Shown: positions 11,074-22,104 of the stretch, piece after piece
How the letters are laid out: each line of letters opens with the position of its first letter
Numbering within the stretch: position 1 is the first letter of the stretch
From: Patellaria atrata CBS 101060
Taxonomy: Eukaryota
Direction: 5' to 3'
DNA length: 64,000 nt
Assembly (NCBI GenBank): GCA_010093705.1
Contig: MU006116.1
Coordinates: forward strand, 99,424-163,423
Notes under the pieces: model-generated
What the model saw: only the letters and a program-made list of their open reading frames with translations
The model's database searches: none
Told to the model about the DNA's origin: nothing
Program-made: the position numbers and the translations under genes

Positions 11074-13307
11074 ATGCCTTGTTGCAACCCATCTCACCAG
11101 CACATCTGGCCCACTTCAGGCTATTTTCGAACATCTCGTTGCGAGCGAAGCTGTGGATATTGTTACGAAGAGTTCACTTCAATCTATCTCCTTCGCCAGC
11201 ATGTAAGGTTGGTCCATGTAAAAACCGAGGGCATGGATATCCAAGTACAAGATGTAAACACGCATGCAAGCAAGAAAGACCCGTGAGTCCACCGACTTGC
11301 CCATTCGTGAATATAGTAGTTCTCCATTGACTGATACTAATCTTCAGCAGAGTTGGTCGTTCATTCGCAGGCTTCAATCTTGACAACGAATGGACACTGA
11401 GGAATAGCTTCGTGGCGCGGACCGAAGTACAGGAAACTAACTGGTTGATGCAGGAGAATTTCGATATATCAGGAGCATTCACTGGTAATCCGTCGAGCTT
11501 CTTTCCAACAACGGAGTATAGCCCATCATTGGTGTGCAATCCAACGCAAGAGTGTGTCAACCCCTCCGCTTTCTCCTTCGACAATTATCTTATCCCACTT
11601 TTGCAAATTCAAAATTTTCCAATGACTTGTGAAGGAACTACAATACCACTACAGTACAATATGTCACAAGCGCAGAACTTTCTTCCTTACGACAATTCCC
11701 ATGGCATGTGTTTGTCAACAATGAGCATGACGCCAAGTGCGTACACTCAGCAGTCATCCCAAGAATCTTCTCAGAATCTCAATTTCCCTGCTCCTGGCAA
11801 TGACTATGGATTAGTTAAAGAAGCGCCGATGACGACATACTTTTCACGAGTACCAGTCACTTCCATGTACCAATTTGGTCACGCGGTTCAGGGGGATTCA
11901 CAATATCAGACAACGCACCCTTTGGAACCTTACGGGCAAAGTCACCTGGTCAATTCGAATTTCACTCCAGGCAACAATACTCAGTATCAACTACTCATGT
12001 TTCCACAAACAAGGGTACCCATAGACAGTTTGTCACGACCTAGGACGTCTCTATTGCGTAGGGACAATGCCATCCAACCGCAAAATTCGATTGACCACTT
12101 TAGACGCCTTCAACAAGGCAATGTATCTTCTTTAAAGCAGCAAACGTTTGGGTATCCCGGGGACCAGGCACTGCTGGGGAACACTATGTTTCAGCAAAAG
12201 CCAGACAAGAACGCATATGGCCTCATCGGACCACAGACAGGGAACATTTTGGGTCAGGCCGGAGATCCTATGACAAATTTCGACTTGAATTCTATGGAAT
12301 GCAGCTTTGAAGGAATCGAAAACAAGTTTAACAGTACGGAACGCTGTCAAGAGTTTGGAGGTTACTTTCATGCTCAACCTCAAGAACAAACTGATTTCAG
12401 CTTTCAAGGACAAGATCAGACCTTCGACACAACACAATGGCAGGATCTTACAATTAACCCACAAAAACTTCTCCAAGAACATAATAATGAGCTTAGTGCT
12501 TGGAACTTTTGTAGTCCGCAAGGAGTACACCCTAGCGGATTAGGCTTCTCACCTCAATCACCCTTCGTGGGACAAGTTGTGTCCCCAATCACAGCTTATT
12601 TGAACAATATTCCATATACACCCCCGAAAATTCCATCAGTCGGACAACTCCTTGCCAAGTCGCATTGCACGCACTCAGTTAGTTCACCAAACACCCAGAG
12701 GTCCTTCAACCTCGCTGGATCACAAACGCGCTCTCAGTCTATAATTGATTACACGAGCCTCAACGCCGCTCAGAGGGCGATAATTCGAGATATGACACCG
12801 TCCAAACCGACTGCTGACCCATATACCCACATCGAACCCGCAGCTGCATACACAGGGTATCTTCACCCAGACAATTCAACAGCGTTCACGACACGCTTGA
12901 CAACAGTCTCCAACATTCCAGGAGGCGAACAATCGTTTTCCCATTCCCGTAGGAACTTCTCCCGAACTGTGTGGTTTCTCATCCGCGACGCTAGAGAGTC
13001 TGGTTTGCATGTCGCTGATATCAAACGTTTACTATACCTTGGGGTTCAAATCGTAAGCGAGGTTGCTATACCTCAATATTTCACCAAGCTCGTGGATGAT
13101 CCCTATTTCTTGTATGGACGACCTGCCGGTGCGACGGATGCCTCCTCTTCTGCGAAACAAGATGTGAAAATGTGGGATGCGGCATGGGATATGAGGATGG
13201 GGCTTAGGGCTGCAGTTGACAGAGGACGGGCTAGGGGAATGGAGGATAAGGATATGAAAGATTGCTTAGGTGCAATTATCATAGTCGGAAAGAATCGGAA
13301 GAAGTAG
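11074..13307 (+). CDS. Uncharacterised putative zinc-finger protein (paralogue B, ~722 aa) with long Q/S/P/N-rich region
   Basis: Exon 1 is 11074-11282 (MPCCNPSHQHIWP...RCERSCGYC...LLRQHVRLVH). Intron GTGAGT..CTAAT..CAG (11283-11347; tandem CAGCAG acceptor). Exon 2 (11348-13307) is in frame with the 631-aa ORF. Confidence 0.78.
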
Positions 13308-13389
13308 ACATACATGGTTGGAGTCATCCAGTTAGCAAGATCTATAACTTACATGGACGGTTCAAAAGTATGAGATAAGTGTGGACGAT

Positions 13390-13415
13390 GTTGGTTGTTG
13401 GTTGTTGGTTGTTGG
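13390..13415. repeat. Short (GTTGGTT)n minisatellite in the 3' flank
   Basis: gttggttgttggttgttggttgttgg. Confidence 0.7.
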
Positions 13416-13944
13416 ACTCAAATTGGACGGCGACAAAAATGTTCGTTGTTGTTATTGGGTTGATGTGCTAGTGTTATGAACTGGACACTACGATTTTTCG
13501 GATCTTAGACATCGGGTGAGCGACGTACCAAAAGAAGAATACGTAGGATTATGTTCTTCCATTAAGAGGGAGTCTTAAGTATCGTAACACACGATCGTAT
13601 CAAGCAATGTAGTGTTGTGATGCCTTTCTCACACGCTTGCTTAGATTCATTTCAAAATCTGCATAGTACGTGGCACAATAAAATTGAGCAGGTTATACGT
13701 AAGAAATATGACAATAGCTGTAAGTAGTCGTAATATTGAAGTGGCTTCTCTGCTAACAGTAGAAATTCTGATCAACTGCTTCTGTCTCTTCGCAAATCCT
13801 TCCACCACCACAATCATGGCAGCATTTCACAATATTCTGCTGGCTATGATCTATCCATAACATTTCCATTGAACAGCGACATACTATTTGTATAGTATTA
13901 CCCGCGTCAACCCTGGGGTTCCAAGAGCTCTTCTCTTTGGTTGA

Positions 13945-14630
13945 TTAAATTATAGCCTCTCCCATATGTTCGCCTTCGAAGCCATACGCCCTTAACTTCT
14001 TAGACCGGGCCTTTTCTTTCCTCTTTCGGTCTTCTGCCTCTTTCTTCTGAAGCGTAAAGACCCTGTCTACAGACGCTTCCTGAAATGCCTCCGGAATGTA
14101 GTCGTCCTTATCAAGGTCCTGCAAATTCACAATGAGCCAACAATAGATATCCCTGACACGATGAGACATACAATCTCTCCCAAGAGGAGAACATTTTCCC
14201 CTCGAACGATGTATATGCCTCGTGGAATGTCCGCGTACAGATTCTGAACAAATATTCTTTCGATAGTATCTTGGAGGACAAGGTTTGCTGTAAACGGTTG
14301 GAAATTAGGTATATGAGATTCCATCGCGTAAATATGTCAGTCGTACCAAACTGATCCCAGCTGCGGAGAACTCCAATTATTTTCTTCCCATCGCGCAATG
14401 ACACCATTAGCTTTTCTGAGGGTTGAAAGCGGTCCAAGGTCAGCCTTGACTCTTATCAACTCATGCTATAAGGAGTAGACCGTTGCGAACTCACTGTCAG
14501 TTAAATCCAGCAGCTGGGCCGCTGTTGTGAACATCTGGGGTGGAAGTTGAGGAACCATTGGTGGGACTGGTTGATGTTTCACTGGTTGCTCGCCCGCCGG
14601 CGGCGGATCATGTATTGAAAGACTTTCCAT
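13945..14630 (-). CDS. LSM1: Sm-like protein Lsm1 (mRNA decapping activator)
   Basis: Four exons: 14630-14495, 14415-14347, 14287-14172, 14118-13945. Protein reads [47 protein letters not shown]...RGIYIVRGENVLLLGEIDLDKDD plus the Lsm1-type C-terminal helix. Confidence 0.95.
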
Positions 14631-14964
14631 CAAATAAAAGCGGGAAACTACAAGATCAAGAAGAAGAGCCGGGAATCCAGTCCATGTTAATGAATAGGAA
14701 AAGCAGGCAATTGTTTGAACTTGAGGGACAATGAGTGGTGGAACTTTGCGATAATCAGATAAATTACGGTGACCGAGATCGACCTGATTAGCTATACTGG
14801 CAACGTCAACTCTTAATGTAAACTTTCCACCAACATATCGAGGCTAAGAATAAAGGGCAATTCCGATCTTTTATCATAACAGTTCATCTCTAATCATTCT
14901 GACTCCGTTCATCTATCCATTCTTTAGGTATTAAAAAGCGCTATATCCCAAAATTCTCGCTATC

Positions 14965-16110
14965 ATGGAACGAGTAAAGCAGTAGAATAGCTCCCAGGAT
15001 GGACTGAGCGACCTTTGGCAGACAGAGGAATCAATGCCATCACCAGGACCAGACGAAGTTCTGGTTGCGCTGAAGGCCGCCTCGTTGAACTGTCTTGACA
15101 CAGAAGGTCGTTGATCGTTGGCATCTGATATGAGCATCCTAAGATTGACCATGTAACCAGTCGTAATGGGATTGTATACTCATCACAAAACTATGAACCA
15201 GGAGTCGGTTGCCCATTTTACCATACTCAGATATGTGTGGCATTATCATAGCTCAAGGAGAAGGCTCAACTTTGAAGATTGGTACTCACGTGTTAACAAC
15301 CTTTCTTCAACATCATATCTCTGGCCAAGTAACTGCTGAAATGATGACTACGAGCCCCTTACCAGGGCTATTGACCACACACCGCGTTCTAAAGTCTCAG
15401 GGTCTTGTTGTAGCACCAGATTACTTAACCGACGATGAAGCATGCGCATTACCTATTGCTGCAGTAACAGCATGGATGTCAATATATGCCATGGATCCAA
15501 TTCGCCAAATTGAAAATCTACCTTGGGAGCACCGTGAGGGTATTTTACTTATGTAGGGGACAGGGGGTGTGTCTATCGCTGCATTACAAATTGCAAAAGC
15601 AAGCTCACTCCAAGGTATATATTAAAGATCAATATCTAATCTCGTGCGAGCTCATGCAGGCATAGTCGTCATAACCTCCTCCTCGGACGAGAAGTTGCAG
15701 AAAGCTCGCACAATCAACTAGCGGAAAACCTCTGACTGGGAAAATGAAGTTATGAGGATTACCGAACGCAAAGGCGTGAACATTATCGTCGAAGTAGGAT
15801 GTGCAAGGACCCTTAAAAAAAGTTTTGAATGCCTAGCATTCGGTGGTTAGATCAACTGTATGGGGTATCTTTCTGGTATAGAGGATGAACCAGGAGATCG
15901 CATGAACGCAGGTGTCCGCGCTCTAAGACGTAATGCAACTCTGAAAGGGATTATCAAAGGCCCACAAGAGCGCTTTGGGGATATTCGTGATTTCTATGAG
16001 CAGGGAAAGATTCATCCAGTCATCGACAGAGTCTCTAAGTTTACGGAAGCTAAAGAGACGTTTCAATACTTGTACAGTGGCTCTCATTTTGGGAAGGTGG
16101 TTATTAAATA
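14965..16110 (+). pseudogene. Pseudogene of an MDR/zinc-binding-dehydrogenase-family oxidoreductase
   Basis: Recognisable motifs PGPDEVLV..AASLN, PYSDMCG, ACALPIAAVTAW, LLM*GTGGVS, ITSSSDEKL and HPVIDRV..HFGKVVIK. In-frame TAG at 14983, 15554, 15719 and 15848, a frameshift near 15210 and small deletions. Confidence 0.85.
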
Positions 16111-16218
16111 CACACACGATATCAGTCTTTCTTCCTTCTATTTGAGTCTTTGCTTTCTAAACGTTCATACAATTTGTGGTCAAGTTTTTACCTTCGTCTA
16201 CACTTCGATACCAACCCC

Positions 16219-17364
16219 TCAACGCCGACAAAATATCCACTTATCGATAAAATCTAACGCATAATCCCTCACCGTCCAGTTCTTCTTCCTACTAAAATCC
16301 CTCTCATCCTTATGCATTCCACCTGGGTCTCCAATCTGGTTTCTATTCAGAAACTGGTGGAACTCCGCATTCGACTTTCGAAACCCGCCTCTGCGAACCG
16401 CCGCTGTGGCCGATCCCGGGCTCGGCCTGATATTGGTTCCGCTCGCGAGCCCGACTGAGGCCGAGATATCAACGAATCCGCTGATGACCGGTACTCGGGG
16501 TGGCTGCAGCACGATCCGTGAAACCGGGCGTGGAGCACCGTCGACGCTGATAGGGCTGAAAACCGCTGTGCGTTGTTGGTCTCGCCTATGTACCCGCTCA
16601 TTCATGATGGCGTTGGTTACGGGTATAGGTGTGACTTTTGGCGGGGAGGGTTGGACATGTTGTGCCGGCCCCGGGGCTACCTCTACCGGGCTTGGTGCTA
16701 GGTATCCTATTCCCATGGTTGCATTCGATATTAAAGTCCCTCGCTGGAGAAGTTGCGCGGAATCCGGATGCTGGACCTCAGAGGTGGATGTGGTTGCCGA
16801 GCGGACGGTGGTGAAAGATTCCATGCTCATTTGGCGTTTTGCATACTCAGAGGATGTGTTAGCCTGTCTACTCGCATCGTACGAGACCACACGAGGTAGT
16901 GGTGAGATGAAGTTGTCGGATGATTGTGGAGGAGGAATGGGAACCCTGGTGTCATGTCTCTTGATTGACGGCTCGGAATAAGAGGGATGGAGTACTGATG
17001 GCACAGAGGGTCCGCAGACTGACATATCGCTGAACCGACGACTCAGGCGAAGTTTCTCCGCTTGATCGAGCTCCTCTTTGGTACAAGGATAGGGAGGGAT
17101 AATAGGGAATGACCCTGTACGAGTGACCTCTCTACCATATAAATTACCTCCAATAGCAATATCACTGTTCGAGTGGTATAGTTGAGGAGTGGCAGGAGCC
17201 TGATCTGGTCCATAACTCGCCCCATGTTCTAATGTCGCCCTTTTTAGGAGCTGTGTATGGGATGTATGAGCCTGTGAACCGAAACTAGTTCGATACGGCT
17301 GGTAGACTGGCCGCATTCCTCGCTGTGCGGTCTCCGGTAATGGCCTACGTGGAATAGTATACAT
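16219..17364 (-). CDS. Hypothetical P/S/R-rich protein (381 aa)
   Basis: Long ATG-initiated intronless ORF, mostly low complexity, with an ordered-looking C-terminus (RKKNWTVRDYALDFIDKWIFCRR). No family recognised. Confidence 0.65.
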   Translation of the reverse strand: MYTIPRRPLPETAQRGMRPVYQPYRTSFGSQAHTSHTQLLKRATLEHGASYGPDQAPATPQLYHSNSDIAIGGNLYGREVTRTGSFPIIPPYPCTKEELDQAEKLRLSRRFSDMSVCGPSVPSVLHPSYSEPSIKRHDTRVPIPPPQSSDNFISPLPRVVSYDASRQANTSSEYAKRQMSMESFTTVRSATTSTSEVQHPDSAQLLQRGTLISNATMGIGYLAPSPVEVAPGPAQHVQPSPPKVTPIPVTNAIMNERVHRRDQQRTAVFSPISVDGAPRPVSRIVLQPPRVPVISGFVDISASVGLASGTNIRPSPGSATAAVRRGGFRKSNAEFHQFLNRNQIGDPGGMHKDERDFSRKKNWTVRDYALDFIDKWIFCRR

Positions 17365-18429
17365 TTTCTTCTAGTCTCTCCCGATTTGTTCAGATATGGG
17401 TTGAAACCTATATCAAGTAAATGCTTTTTATAGATTTAGGTTCTTGAGGTTGCGCCGGTCTGTACAGATTTAGTTGATCTCAAGTTGCTACTGTAGGCTA
17501 GTCTTATAGTAATCGGTGTGTAGGGAATGCTCACAATGTCTCGTCCGAGTACATTGTTTCTTTGTTTCGGTGCACGACTTCCCAGACACTCTTCGATGAC
17601 TTTGTGTAGTTTATATCAGAACAATACGCGAGATGTGCTTTATATGGAATCTGGAAAAGGTGAATTGGAATGAGTAATAGTACTTCAAGTGGGGAGTATC
17701 AGATAATGTTGATTCAACACCGAATTGAGAAAGATTGGAACTATGCAATTTAATTGCAGTGTTTTCCATAAAGTACATCCGGAAACTGTAGGCAAGTATT
17801 CGCCAGTGTCAGCTAAGCTCTTAATGGGTAGTGCAAAAGTGATTTCGATTCAACTTTTATCATCGGTGTAAGATTCTTAGATTTAGGGGGGGAAAACAAA
17901 AAATAAGGTGCTTGTACGATGGACAAAATACCATTCGACTACAACCCCACAACTGAAAGCTTGGAAGGTTAAAATCGAATACACAGTGTGGGTCTTACGC
18001 AGGACTTACCGTTCAGTCCCATTTTACCTCTCGTATACATATCTTCCATCTCAATAGGTAATTTGAGAAATATATCACAACGTCAACCTATCCTCTCGTG
18101 TCATGACATAAATGAATTTCTCCTTTGTCCATAATTATGGAGCATCTATAAACCTACTTTCTTCACCGAAAGATCCCTCTCCACTGCTATCCCCTATTCT
18201 CCTTCGAGCTCCCAAGAAAAGAAGAAGCAAGGATTTTGTCGAACGCTATGTCACGTCTGGGAACCTCCTCGCCCGAAGATACCGAACACAGTGAAGTACT
18301 TAGGTGAAATCTCTTAGGTTTGTTAAGGACTGCTTCTTCTTGATGCGAAATGGCTTAGCCTTAGAATCCATAGCATAGATAGGAGTCCTTTTAACGAGTA
18401 CTAATGATCACTTTAGGCACCTTGATCGA

Positions 18430-19251
18430 CTATTTCGACTTTTGACGAGTGAGTTTCCTCTTTAATGAAGTGAATGAAAGGAGAGAGGTTCTGCTCGAGT
18501 GGCTTGACTTCTTCGAAGGTGGCCTCTTCGTTGACTTGGGTGTTTCTTGTGTTTCGTGTTGCTTCTTCAACTTGCTATGCTGGATGACTCCGTTGTTAAA
18601 CGTCGCAATAGTAGTCCCCGTGGGAAGATGAGGAAAGACAGCAAAGGTTGAAGGAATACTGAAACCGTGTTTCCTCTCCAGTGCACGGTATTCATTTACT
18701 GGATTATTGCCGCAAACATCTTTAGAGTCAGAAGATGCAAGATGAGCACTATCAGACGAGGGCTGTGTACTTACCGATCTATAATACGGTTTCCTCTCGT
18801 TCAAGGCCGGTTTCGGAGAGGAAGACGGTTGATGTCGCAGTTCTTTCGGAGTCTCGACCTCTGGAAAGATCTCGAGAACCGCCTTCATTTCGTAAACGTC
18901 AGACCGCTTTTAAGGTTGTGATGGTACGGTGCTCGCAGATGCGGAAATTTGTCCTCGATGAGGTCCTTCAACGGACACCAACTTAGGTTTCTCAAACCTC
19001 AGAATCTCCAATTGGTGAATCTCGGACTGTTTGTTCGATTGATTTGGCCCAGGTCCCATTACAACAGGCCCATCGGAGCGGTTACCTTTTACTAACCCGG
19101 GATAAGTGGACATAGCTGGCGTATTGTCCTCGTTCGCAGTATTTTCCCCTAGGTACTGTAACTCTCCCGTACCATTGCCTTCATCGGTAATCTTTTCCGT
19201 TGAATGCCGTATCTTCCTCACGGCGTACTTCCTTTCCAAGCTTTGTGTCAT
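18430..19251 (-). pseudogene. Orphan gene interrupted by one in-frame TAA
   Basis: ORFs 18910-19314 and 18430-18888 are in the same frame, separated only by TAA at 18910-18912 plus 7 sense codons. ATG at 19251, with a TATATAAA box upstream near 19420. Confidence 0.5.
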
Positions 19252-19637
19252 TGTGGACCCCGTGAGAATAGTATTGATAACGATAGTAGATAGATAGAAG
19301 ACCAACAAGAACACTCGGGTTATTCCTGGGATGATAACAAATGAGAGTCGTTGTTATCACCGGAATGTTAGAGAAGCTTGGTGAAGAGTAAGATGGCACA
19401 GTCCATGACCAGATTTATATAGGAAGTTTCCCACGTATTGTAAATATACATGCCTAATTGATGATTGAACGAGGATAATATTTATACAACCACTGGAAAT
19501 AATATTGACGATGTTTTATAACAACAGTAATACGGACGATTGACGCGTTTAGGTGTATGCTTGTGTAAATGGTCTTAAACTTATATCCTTATGTACTAAC
19601 TATATCATACTAAATATTGGGCTTTATACTCAACTAG

Positions 19638-20438
19638 TTATAACTCCGGCTGACCAAGACGTAGGGTCGAAGGGAGGTCCTCTTGATCCTTGGTGAATTC
19701 CCTGTGAGCAGTGTTACGACTTTGTGAGAGCTCAATATCCTCCTTCACGATCTCCTTGATAGGGTGGCTGCTGTGAACAACTGAACGTAACCGTGAAGAA
19801 TTATGGACTCTTTCATAATCGTCTAACGGAACAGCAAGCGTCAAGGATATTCCTCCTTGAAAATCGTAACCTTGAGATCTAGGGTGGTCGTCCAACTCCT
19901 TTGAGGCCATCCCGTTCGCTTCGAATACCCATTTGAGGAACTCAAGATCTGGAGGAGCAAGATATGGTATCGGAATACCAATCCTGATATTGTCTTCACG
20001 ACGAAGATATATCGTATTGCTTTTCAGATACATAAACTGGGCCCTGATCTGCCCCATTCCAGGGTATTCCTTTTCACAATCCCAGTCTCTTATGTGGTGA
20101 TGCTCAACTTTAGCCTTCTTTTTCGGTCGCGGGACTTCATAGTTCGGCCACTCGTTCAATTCCATTTCCCATTGGTGAAGTCGAATGCGGATGGGATTAC
20201 TTTCCACAGGTCGTACGGGTTCCACGTTCATTATCGAGATTTCAGGATAAGTGAAAAACTTAGGTCTGTCATGAGCTGTGGGGAGATCATGCGACATTTT
20301 CGTACGCATTGAGGGTTTTTGTCGCGCTTGAGCTTCGTCCGGTTGGAACATTGAGGGTGTCGATGCTCTTAGATCTTGCATATCTAGAGAATTTGTGTAT
20401 GTAGTAGACGGATCATCCCCGCTTGAGTTAGTTGCCAT
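19638..20438 (-). CDS. Hypothetical protein (266 aa)
   Basis: ATG-initiated intronless ORF with protein-like composition and an NLS-like RPKKKAK. No family recognised. Confidence 0.6.
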   Translation of the reverse strand: MATNSSGDDPSTTYTNSLDMQDLRASTPSMFQPDEAQARQKPSMRTKMSHDLPTAHDRPKFFTYPEISIMNVEPVRPVESNPIRIRLHQWEMELNEWPNYEVPRPKKKAKVEHHHIRDWDCEKEYPGMGQIRAQFMYLKSNTIYLRREDNIRIGIPIPYLAPPDLEFLKWVFEANGMASKELDDHPRSQGYDFQGGISLTLAVPLDDYERVHNSSRLRSVVHSSHPIKEIVKEDIELSQSRNTAHREFTKDQEDLPSTLRLGQPEL

Positions 20439-20811
20439 TCTAGACTAGGAAGTGGTATGATCGAGGGAACCTGAGCTTGGAGAATAAAAAGATTTACTCC
20501 CTGTGCGAGCATTGATGGGGGAGAATACTTATAGGTTAACACACCTTTGGTTCTTGGTCAACACATAAATATAAATGGACAGAGTAGTGACGGCCGAATC
20601 ATGTTCATTCTGACGCTAAATGTAGAAATCAACCGCAACTCTAAACTGTCAATCACTTACTGTGTTGTAACAATGTACTGCTACATATTCACAGACATGA
20701 AAACACCTGATTAGCTCTTGAAGGAGATCCAAACTGTATGCCCCTACACGTCACATTACCCACATACAATTAAACTCGTTAGAGACTCATAGGAGAATCC
20801 TTTGGGCGTGA

Positions 20812-21330
20812 TTACGCTCCTCCTCCTGAGAACCCAGCCCCAACCATTGCACCAAGCGTCCATCCGTTTCCTCTTGCCTCCATCGGAGTAAGTGCCTTTA
20901 CTTCCCCTTTTCTAATCTTCTCTCTCCATATCTCCTTTCCAACCTCTTCATCCGGTTCGGAACCAATATAATTGCCCTCTCCATCCGTAGCCCAGTATTG
21001 CAGATATTCTTTCTTTGTCATCCTGATTATGCGTAGGTCATCCTTCGACGACGTCGATGAAGATGATCTAAGGGGTTTCGCTAGTTTGGAAATGATTCCA
21101 CTCAGTGATTTCTTCTCGTTGACTATGGGGCTGGATAGGTCTTGGGCTGGTGCGGGTGCTTCTAAGTGCGAGAGGGGTATTGCCACTGACATGATGCTAT
21201 CATCGTTCAACTGGGAGATAGGAGTTGCTGGAGGAAGAATGTTTGAGATTGGATCATGCCGACTATTTGCGTCTACAAGAGTAGTAGCCTCTGAAGGTGC
21301 TACTGAGGCGGTTTCCGGGTCCGATGCCAT
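20812..21330 (-). CDS. Hypothetical protein (172 aa)
   Basis: ATG in good context (acaatcATGG). Disordered N-terminus and an ordered segment RIIRMTKKEYLQYWATDGEGNYIGSEP. Confidence 0.7.
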   Translation of the reverse strand: MASDPETASVAPSEATTLVDANSRHDPISNILPPATPISQLNDDSIMSVAIPLSHLEAPAPAQDLSSPIVNEKKSLSGIISKLAKPLRSSSSTSSKDDLRIIRMTKKEYLQYWATDGEGNYIGSEPDEEVGKEIWREKIRKGEVKALTPMEARGNGWTLGAMVGAGFSGGGA

Positions 21331-22104
21331 GATTGTATTGTGTATTGGAGAACTGATAGTGAGCTAGTCAAAGGGTTAGTAGCAGACCAGCATGGCCGAT
21401 ACCTTTATTTATTCCAATCTATGAACGGGGCTGTGTTGAACTAGTGCGATACATGCAGGCTTGAGAGGCGTAAGAGGTTTACGGATCTCGCTGTACTGAG
21501 ACTTGAAGGCTGACTGCGCTTCCCGATTAAGGCAAAGCGTGGTTTTCGACTTTCATCTTCTTTATCTCAACCTCAACTTCCTAGACTACAACTACCTATT
21601 GTATCTTGTGCTCACTTGTACGCTGATAATCGAAAACATGACTGGTATAGTGATAAGATTGAATTTTCTGCATAGTAGATCACTATGAAATACTCTTCTT
21701 AATTTTGATTATACCTTTGTAAATTTGAAATTTATGTGAAGCATGAGGTACTCCATAACTTGTTGGTACGAATACAGAGCAACGATGCCAAATTTCTACC
21801 TGACCTGACCAGACACCGAGGGGAGTAGTTCTGGCGATTCCTTCACGCTGTTAGCGAATTCAGATGTACCGTATTTATCTCACCAAACAAGACATCACCA
21901 GAACCAATTTAACTATAAATTCCCCTTCTTCTAAATTCCTCTCCGAATTTAGAACTATCCACTGTACTAACAGGTTAGAAATAAATCCACCCCAAACTTA
22001 CTTTACCATCCCCACCACTTCTTAGAATATCACCCATTTCCTTATCTACATCACAACGAGCTTCTAGCTTCATTGCGTTCTCACTACGCTATTGTGCCCG
22101 CAAA

